A stretch of 63,197 nucleotides of DNA, counting the filler, from Octopus bimaculoides (taxonomy: Eukaryota): NCBI RefSeq assembly GCF_001194135.2. It is 11 parts of 8 records of this genome, joined end to end, with 100 filler letters (N's around TTAATTAATTAA, not from the genome) between each part and the next. Parts side by side here need not be neighbours in the genome. Positions count along the whole stretch, not along the records: positions 61,567 to 63,197 come from NC_068989.1; 10 more parts are not named here. One strand, 5' to 3'. The notes below the pieces were generated by a model. The model was given only the letters and a program-made list of their open reading frames with translations. It did not search any database and was not told the origin of the DNA. Below, piece after piece: positions 61,605 through 63,197 of this stretch. Both the position numbers and the translations under genes were made by a program. The first letter of the stretch is position 1. Each line of letters starts with the position of its first letter.

Positions 61605-62990
61605 TTAATGAGATTTGTGAAACTGGCGTTTTGCGTCCAAAATATCAACATTTGCTTTATGATTGCTGCAGCCAACCATAAGAATTGCTTTCAAATGTTC
61701 ACCAGTGAGCCTTTTTCGATGTATTAACTTAACACACTTCACTTTTGAAAAAGTTTGCTCACAAACATAAGTTGTTCCAAAAACTGATGCCATACCTGAG
61801 GAAAATTTTTTCAATTTTGAAAACTCATCAGCAGGCAAGCAGCGATAAAATTCAATGAGTTTTCCTTCTCTGTGCTTCTCTTTCAACAAGGTATTAGCTT
61901 GCATATCAATAAGCTCTAGTTGTAATTCAATTAGCATGTTATGAAGATAACAGCCAAAGGGATTCTCAAACAAAAGAATTTCATTCTCAATTATGTCAAG
62001 TTCTGAAAATCTTCGAGAAAAATGCTTATTTAAGACCTGAATAAATTTTCTGAAACTCGAGGTTAACATATTCCACATTTTCTGTGAAAAACTCTTGAAA
62101 ACACTGAAAATGAGAGAAGTTTCCTCCTTTAAGTTGTGCTTCAAACAATGATAGCTTTCCCCGAAAAGCTGTAATAATTCTGTAGAGATCACAGACAAAG
62201 TTATTCTTTCCTTGCAGTTTTAAATTCAATTCATTCATATGAGAAGGGACATCAACTAAAAATGACAACTTTGATAACCATGAAAATATCCTCTCCAGTT
62301 GTTCCATGTATACCGCAAACGAATGTCATTTATTCTATAATCTCAAAGTTGCAATTAACACATGAATGAACACAAGAAGTTGTGACATACTGGAGAGATC
62401 AGTAGACTCATCCATTGCAAGAGAATACCACAAAATTTCTTAGCTTTCTCATGTATCTGTAACTGTATATTCTCTCCAAGTTCTTCTATTGTCCACACAA
62501 CTGAATTTGCTGAAAGGCTGATACAACCAAACATGTTAGCTTTTTCAGGACACAAGTCATTTACTGTTTCCATCATGCACTCTTTTATAACGTTTCCATC
62601 AGTAAATGGTTTTCCTCACTCTGCCAACTTATTCATGAGTGATAGATTCATTTTCAACAAACTTTTTTGTAAAGAAATTCCTTTCATAGATCTAAATTTC
62701 TCAGACCGCAATTTTCTAGAATATTTAGAATGTGCTGAGAGGTGTTTTGCTTCGTAGTGACGACAAATATTGTACTCTTTCATAACAGCAACACTTCCAT
62801 TGCTTATCAGGCAACTAGCTTTCTGGTAGTTTGTTTCCCCAAAGAAGTACTTTTCTCCCCATTCTTTATTGAAAATGCAACATAGGTTGGCAAGAGTACC
62901 CATTCCTCACTTCTCAGTAGCATCGTGGAGTGCTTTTTGCCTCCGCTATTGAGGCAAATTGCACTTCCACTGTGCCGAATCATCTTCCTC
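61605..62990 (-). mobile_element. Degenerate hAT transposase, SPIN/Buster (GTF2IRD2/EPM2AIP1-like) type, frameshifted and internally deleted
   Basis: CL..SVAVMKEYNICRHYEAKH (BED-like finger); YSLAMDESTD (first catalytic D); WLSKLSFLVD..HMNELNLKLQG; FGTTYVCEQTFSKVK...RLTGEHL dimerisation domain. Confidence 0.92.
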
Positions 62991-63009
62991 TACAGAAGAA
63001 TTTTATCAT

Positions 63010-63197
63010 TATCATCATCATCATCATCATCGTTTAACGTCCGCTTTCCATGCTAGCATGGGTTGGACGATTGACTGAGGACTGGTGAAACTGGATGGCA
63101 ACACCAGGCTCCAATCTAATTTGGCAGAGTTTCTACAGCTGGATGCCCTTCCTAACGCCAACCACTCAGAGAGTGTAGTGGGTGCTTTTACGTTGTC
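63010..63197 (-). mobile_element. Family C SINE-like repeat (runs off the window end)
   Basis: Reverse complement of 10055-10236. Confidence 0.85.

Noticed and set aside
61605-62990. Domesticated GTF2IRD2/EPM2AIP1/ZBED-like host gene
   Set aside because: Multiple frameshifts and loss of the catalytic-core segment indicate a decayed transposon copy.

Overview
Eukaryotic, AT-rich, microsatellite-dense, gapped draft-genome window. The repeat families and the N-TTAATTAATTAA-N gap linkers suggest an Octopus-type cephalopod assembly (inference). The only host coding sequence I can support is two consecutive + strand exons of a T-box transcription factor (31830-31976 and 32463-32530). They encode the C-terminal half of the T-box and most resemble the Tbx6/Tbx16/VegT group. 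Its other exons are not visible; they may lie in gaps or outside the window. The rest is intron/intergenic DNA filled with transposon debris: R4/Dong-like non-LTR retrotransposons with a restriction-like endonuclease (RLE), a Penelope-like GIY-YIG fragment, an RTE 3' end, a Helitron helicase remnant, an internally deleted Tc1/mariner, a degenerate SPIN/Buster-type hAT transposase, and several SINE families. Three things stand out. (1) There are at least six minimal type-I hammerhead ribozyme motifs, from near-intact to decayed. Three separate loci have 200-260 bp head-to-head inverted arms each carrying a hammerhead remnant, one abutting the Penelope ORF, and one foldback element has a hammerhead in its loop. 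(2) RLE LINEs appear to target (CATA)n tracts, including a tract in their own 3' UTR, giving head-to-tail stacks. (3) Complementary microsatellites bracket the 68-nt T-box exon. Nearly all ORFs in the supplied track are microsatellite, gap or antisense-TE artefacts. All alignments and folds were done by eye, and family names come from recalled motifs, not database searches.
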